A DNA stretch of 36,752 nucleotides from Octopus bimaculoides (lineage: Eukaryota), in the NCBI RefSeq assembly GCF_001194135.2, contig NC_068985.1:102077061-102113812 (forward strand). The letters are read 5' to 3'. The translations under genes were made by a program, and so were the position numbers. Below, one piece after another: positions 31,745-36,752 of the stretch. The notes below the pieces were generated by a model that was not told the origin of the DNA, made no database searches, and saw only the letters and a list, made by a program, of their open reading frames with translations. Every line of letters begins with the position of its first letter. The stretch's first letter is position 1.

Positions 31745-32050
31745 TGGCTGGTAATATGCTATACGTTTTCACCGTTTTGTCCACAGATTCTGCACTTATC
31801 AATTTCTGCTGTGTTGTCTATTCTGTATTTTATGTAGTTTGTTGTGTGTGCTTGCTCTTGGGCAGCACAGATTAGAGCCTCCGTTTCCGGTTTTAGTCAT
31901 TCACAGCCATTTTTTTCTTTGTCTGTCTAAACTTCAACATCTCTATGAAATTGACCATGCATACTTTTCTTTACCCAACTATTTTCAGTTTCATTCATTT
32001 TCAATTTCTTGTATAGTGCTTTATCTTTGCTGTCTTTCATCCTACACAAC
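31745..32050 (-). pseudogene. Second R4/Dong-like fragment (pre-knuckle and CCHC zinc knuckle)
   Basis: Minus strand: ENSWVKKSMHGQFHRDVE..TDKEKKWL*MTK..PETEALICAAQEQAHTTNYIKYRID....DKCRICGQNGENV*HITS. Confidence 0.88.
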
Positions 32051-32084
32051 CATATACACACACACATATATATATATATACATA

Positions 32085-32234
32085 TATATACGACTTTCCG
32101 TCTACCAAATACACTCACAAGGGTTTGGTCGGCTCGAGGCTATAGTAGAAAACACTTGCCCAAGATGCCACGCAGTGGGACTGAACCCAGAACCGTGCAG
32201 TTGGTTCGTAAGCAAGCTACTTATCACACAGCCA
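32085..32234 (-). mobile_element. SINE family C, 5' half only
   Basis: Reverse complement of the head at 36583 (TGGCTGTGTGATAAGTAGCTTGCTTAC...GGTTCAGTCCCACTGCGTGGCA..TTGGGCAAGTG). Confidence 0.88.
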
Positions 32235-32243
32235 TATATATAT

Positions 32244-32819
32244 ATATATATGCACACAAAACAGACTTGCTAACGACATAAACACACGCACACATTCACA
32301 CACACACACACACACATAGATACAGACGCAAATGCATGCGCAGATAAGGATACACACCACAGAAACACAGAATTGACTAAACAGACCAGTTGGAGACACA
32401 TGCAATGGAGAGACATTGAAGAGGTCACAGNNNNNNNNNNNNNNNNNNNNNNNNNNNNNNNNNNNNNNNNNNNNNNNNNNNNNNNNNNNNNNNNNNNNNN
32501 NNNNNNNNNNNNNNNNNNNNNNNNNNNNNNNNNNNNNNNNNNNNNNNNNNNNNNNNNNNNNNNNNNNNNNNNNNNNNNNNNNNNNNNNNNNNNNNNNNNA
32601 GTCTACTTGTTTGAAATCTTGCGGCACTCACCCTGTGACCTCTTCAATGTCTCTCCATTGCATGTGTCTCCAACTGGTCTGTTTAGTCAATTCTGTGTTT
32701 CTGTGGTGTGTATCCTTATCTGCGCATGCATTTGCGTCTGTATCTATGTGTGTGTGTGTGTGTGTGAATGTGTGCGTGTGTTTATGTCGTTAGCAAGTCT
32801 GTTTTGTGTGCATATATAT
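32244..32819. repeat. Perfect 187-bp inverted repeat (32244-32430 / 32633-32819) bracketing an assembly gap
   Basis: Arms identical including a (CA)10/(TG)10 tract; the left arm stops exactly at the gap. Real fold-back or misassembly. Confidence 0.8.
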
Positions 32820-33039
32820 GGGTTTGCTTATTACTCTGTTTCAACCTCTGTCTTTTAGTCAGATTTCTTTTTTTATTATTCGTTTATTTACTTATTTATT
32901 TCTTAATTTTTTCTAATTTTGTCCTCAGTATTTTTATGTGTGTCCTGTGTGTGGCTGTGTATGAATTTATGTATTATACAGTTTGTATTTGTATCTTCTC
33001 TTTTTCTCTCTCATTCTATATTCATGTTGCGTCGTGTGG

Positions 33040-33500
33040 TGGAGTGGTGTTATTATTCCATTCGTGTTTTTTTACTGACCTCGGGTAATCTGTCTTCGTG
33101 TAGTGTCCGCTACAAGGGGTGTATGAAAAGTTTTTGAACCTTCAAGGCCTTTGAGCCTTGATGACTTGTATCTCCATCGGAAGTCTTGTACCATGTTTTG
33201 TATTTTTTGGAGGCTCAAGCCTTTTCATACATCCCTCGTATATGTGTTGATATTTCCTTAACATCTGTATTATTAAGCTAGCTTCTATGTTCTAATTGCG
33301 CATATTGGTAGAACACTGACGAGCTTTTATCCTCCTTGAGCCCCCACTGTTCACCTATTCGCTCCCCTATGCTACGTTCTGTCTCCCCAATGTTTGTTGT
33401 TATCCTGTTTCTGCACCGTCTATCAGAACACCTTATCCTATAAACTACATTTCTATTCTCACAGTTAACCTGTAGATTCATTCCTCATACTCTCCAGTTG
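33040..33500 (-). pseudogene. Decayed PLE GIY-YIG endonuclease, interrupted by a MITE
   Basis: NCENRNVVYRIRCSDRRC...NIGETERSIGERIGEQ (cf. CxxxNVVYxIxCxxCxxYIGETxRxLxxRxxEH); after removing the MITE it continues VKEISTHIADTTRRQIT(E). Confidence 0.85.
33113..33238. mobile_element. 126-bp mariner-type MITE with TA target duplication
   Basis: TA|CAAGGGGTGTATGAAAAGTTTTTGAACC ... GGCTCAAGCCTTTTCATACATCCCTCG|TA; about 27-bp imperfect TIRs. Confidence 0.88.
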
Positions 33501-33533
33501 TTATCAGTACATGGGAGCCATGCAAATTATCCA

Positions 33534-33535
<2 letters not shown>

Positions 33536-33590
<55 letters not shown>
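33536..33590. repeat. (TG)n microsatellite
   Basis: Perfect run adjoining the 5'-truncated end of the GIY-YIG relic. Confidence 0.95.
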
Positions 33591-33593
<3 letters not shown>

Positions 33594-34024
33594 TGTCTGC
33601 ATGTGCTTGTGTATGGTGAATGTATGCATGTATTTATGTGTCTATATGTATATAAATGAGCTTGTGTCTATATCCGTATGCGTAAGCATTTGCAAATATA
33701 TAAATGGCATTAAGTGATAATTCATACAGGAATGTCGGTGTGTGCTAATGTGGCTATGCATGTTCGGGTTCCCTTAGAGGACATGTCGCCTTTATATCTC
33801 TTTTGAACTTTACTTTGCCGCTGTAGCTCATAACATGCAAGAACGTGCTTAATGTGAATGTATCGCCCATCTTTTGAAATCTTTCTCTCCTAATCACCAG
33901 GGCTATAAACAGAATGCTAGCTCTCACGTTCTCGCATTCTTTCTCTCCCTGATTTTGTTTCTTTTTCAATTATCTATTCTGTATGTATGTATACATATAG
34001 CTAAACAGAGGGATCGGCGGATTG

Positions 34025-34026
<2 letters not shown>

Positions 34027-34078
<52 letters not shown>
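34027..34078. repeat. (AC)n microsatellite
   Basis: Perfect run. Confidence 0.95.
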
Positions 34079-34085
<7 letters not shown>

Positions 34086-34179
34086 CAAACACGCAAGCAG
34101 ACATGCGCACGCCTACGCGCGTGCACACACACACGCGCACAAACGAAACTAGAGGGCCATGCTTAAATGTAATGTAAAA

Positions 34180-34478
34180 CAAGGGATCTCAACTCGGTGC
34201 CGCGGACTAATACCGGGCCGTGGATCATTTAGTAGCGGGCTGCACAGGAAGAATAAATTATTAAATGCTATTTCGACTTCTGCTCATCTATCGAAATCTA
34301 CACGCTGTTCTTGCGTTATATATGTAATATAAATATAAAATACATGTGTAATGTATCTAGTAATCAAATTATATACAAGGGACTTTATTGTCATTGTTAT
34401 GCGCATGATCCCCCGGTACGTGAAAACATTGTTTTGCATGAAACCAATGTGTGTTGCAAAGATTGATGGGGACTACCG
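34180..34478 (+). mobile_element. Non-autonomous hAT (Charlie/MER1-like) element, about 300 bp
   Basis: 5' CAAGGGATCTCAAC..GCCGCGGACTAATACCGGGCCGTGG..GCGGGCTGCACAGGA and 3' GTGAAAACATTGTTTTGCATGAAACC..GGGGACTACCG resemble MER1/Charlie3-type termini as I recall them; no clean 8-bp TSD. Confidence 0.65.
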
Positions 34479-34889
34479 CACGAATGTAATACGTACCGAT
34501 GTAATTAATGCGAATTTTTAGTGTATGTTCTTATATTTTCCTAACAGACGTATGAATTCATTCCTCTTTATGGCTGGCTTATTCGTTACGTTTCTTTCCA
34601 TTTGTGCCTTATTTTGTGTACACTACTTGCATATTTGACAACCATTGCTATCTTTACGCGACATATTGTTGTTTTAAAGAATTTTCCGCAGCATTTAAGT
34701 ACTCGTGAGCACTATATGCAACAAGCTTATTATTATGTTGTTGTTTTTTTTTTCTTCTTTCTTCAAATTCTCTTGCACTGTTCGCCGAGTGTTTTCCGTA
34801 CACCTAGGGCAGAGAAGTTCATTGTATGCATTCCCAATTTACACGCGCAAATTCACAGGAAATATATATTATTTTAAAAAATAAATAAA

Positions 34890-35023
<134 letters not shown>

Positions 35024-35071
35024 GCAGAATATTGTAGTTCGCTTGAAGCATTTTGTGTTGTTTGTAAAGAA

Positions 35072-35310
35072 TAAAAAGTTTTGAATGGTACAACGATGCA
35101 CTATAATACAAATAATGGGCTATATACCTGTTGAATTTAGTCATCCATAGTCTGATGATATTTCGGAACATAGCAGCGACTCCATCTAAGAATATCTGAA
35201 GAAAGAATTTTATTCCAATATATCATCAGACTATGGATGACTAAATTACAACAGGTATATAGCCCATTCTTTGTATTATAGTGCATCGTTGTACCATTCA
35301 AAACGTTTTA
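35072..35310. mobile_element. About 240-bp palindrome with approx. 90-97-bp arms, each carrying CTGATGA next to the loop
   Basis: TTTTGAATGGTACAACGATGCACTATAATAC...CCATAGTCTGATGATAT pairs with ATATCATCAGACTATGG...GTACCATTCAAAA; few differences; loop about 35169-35212. Confidence 0.82.
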
Positions 35311-35342
35311 GTCATTATTATTATTATTATTATTATTATTAC

Positions 35343-35548
35343 TAAGGCAGTAAGCTAGTACAATCGCCAGCAGGCTTGATGAAATACTTAGCGGTGTTTC
35401 ACACGTTGCTGTGTTATTAGTTCAAATTCCGCCGAAGTCGACTTTGCCTTCCATCCTTTCTGGATCGATTAAATAAGTGCCAGTGAAACAGTGAGGTCAT
35501 TGTAATCGACTAGTCCACCCGCCACACAAATTCCAGGCCTTGTGCTTT
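35343..35548 (+). mobile_element. SINE family B, near full length
   Basis: TAAGGCAGTAAGCTAG...TTAGTTCAAATTCCGCCGAAGTCGACTTTGCCTTCCATCCTTTC...TAATCGACTAGTCC...GGCCTTGTGC then TTA/CTA tail. Confidence 0.85.
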
Positions 35549-35689
35549 TATTGGAAAGTATTATTCATATTATTACTACTACTACTACTACTACTATTGC
35601 TGCTGCAGCAGCTGCTATCTTTAACGTGTCAGATAACATGCTTGGCATTATTTCTTCCGACTTTTTACGCTATGAGCCCAAGTCTCAAC

Positions 35690-35762
35690 CCGATGAAGTT
35701 TGCCTTTCATTCTTACGGGGTCAGTAAAATATCGTACCAATAGAGTACTGGGATCGATGCTA
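35690..35762 (+). mobile_element. SINE family B central fragment
   Basis: TTTGCCTTTCATTCTTACGGGGTCAGTAAAATA..GTACC..GTACTGGGATCGATG. Confidence 0.55.
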
Positions 35763-36582
35763 AGTTTTCCTGTCCCCTCATACTATCTGGCATTTGCTTA
35801 AACTACAAAGAAGTAACGATTGTGTTAGGGGTATGTATAGACACCTAAAGTTTAATCAATGTTTTTTTTTTTACTATTAAATAATTTGCTTATTATAGTA
35901 AATTTTTGTTTAAGCAGTTAATAATAACCCTTACTTCACTTTAACTTCTTCAACACCTGGTTGGAGTGGGTGGGACTGCCAATTTGAATCTCAAAAGATA
36001 CAAAAGCTTGAAATGTTTATTTGTCTTCCTTCGTTTCGCTTCCTCGTTTCGAATTATGGCTTCAGTAACACACATAGTCAGATGAAACTAAGTGATAGCG
36101 GGAAAAGGTTTTCATAATACTAGGGCTTCACGAGAGAAATGTGAAACGAGAACAACGGCAAGAACAATGACAACGGTACGGACAACTGTTTTTTTTTCTA
36201 TCAAAGCAATCACCAATAACATCAGTGAGAACAACAAAACCTGAAGGTTTACTCATGTTTGAGTAAATCCCCATGGTCATTTGTCCATTTATTGCCCTAA
36301 ATATTTTTATGGCCCTTGTGGTAGTAGCCGCAGCAACAGAAATACCACCCCCGGGTGGTTTTCTGCTAGCCCCTTGACAACTTTTTCACGTTTAATTCCT
36401 AATTCAAGTAATTTTTTATATTTTACGTCTAATTATTTCTTTGTATAATAGTGCTCACTTGCTTAGTAAGTATCATTTCAGTTTTTATCATTTCATTATA
36501 TGTAAACTCCAACACTTTGTGTCTGTCTTTGTATTGTGCCCCTCATCCTTCAACCTTGTGTTAAATAGATGAAATCATTATT

Positions 36583-36752
36583 ATAGGCGTAGGAGTGGCT
36601 GTGTGGTAAGTAGCTTGCTTACCAACCACATGGTTCCGGGTTCATTCCCACTGCGTGGCACCTTGGGCAGGTGTCTTCTACTATAGCCTCAGGCCGACCA
36701 AAGCCTTGTTAGTGGATTTGGTAGGCGGAAACTGAAAGAAGCCCGTCGTATA
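36583..36752 (+). mobile_element. SINE family C, 5' half (runs off the window)
   Basis: ATAGGCGTAGGAGTGGCTGTGTGGTAAGTAGCTTGC (A box) ... GGTTCCGGGTTCATTCCC (B-box-like) ... GAAACTGAAAGAAGCCCGTCGTATA; colinear with 12090-12257 reversed. Confidence 0.93.

Noticed and set aside
35150-35230. Apparent complete hammerhead on the minus strand across the palindrome centre (CTGATGA...GAAATATCATC)
   Set aside because: The GAAA...AUC half is simply the reverse complement of the other arm and stem I cannot form.
36337-36369. GC-rich hairpin followed by CTAG, resembling a Helitron 3' end
   Set aside because: Spacer is short, the next base is C rather than T, and no 5' TC end or second copy was found.

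Overview
AT-rich (roughly 35% GC by eye), microsatellite-saturated animal genomic DNA from a short-read scaffold with 14 N-gaps, nearly all bounded by simple repeats. The SINE families match those I recognise from octopus genomes, so the source is probably Octopus (inference). No host gene can be identified with confidence; there are only a few low-confidence exon candidates. The window is mostly decayed mobile DNA: (i) four tRNA-headed SINE families (about 17 copies or fragments); (ii) a decayed pogo/Tigger transposase split by a SINE with a visible target-site duplication; (iii) a rearranged mariner, a 126-bp mariner MITE and a hAT/Charlie-type non-autonomous element; (iv) two R4/Dong-type RLE non-LTR retrotransposon 3' fragments, one ending in (TAA)n; (v) Penelope-like element (PLE) relics, namely a pre-RT N-terminal segment and a GIY-YIG endonuclease. 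The most notable signal is a set of fold-back (inverted-repeat) elements and PLE-type minimal hammerhead ribozyme (HHR) motifs. The best is a 382-bp palindrome at 25373-25754 carrying two outward-facing HHRs. One keeps the full catalytic core (CUGAUGA...GAAAC-AAUU-GUA) with stems I, II and III; the other is mutated. PLE-associated HHRs are established biology. Whether this palindromic double-HHR unit is an undescribed mobile family needs genome-wide and biochemical tests.
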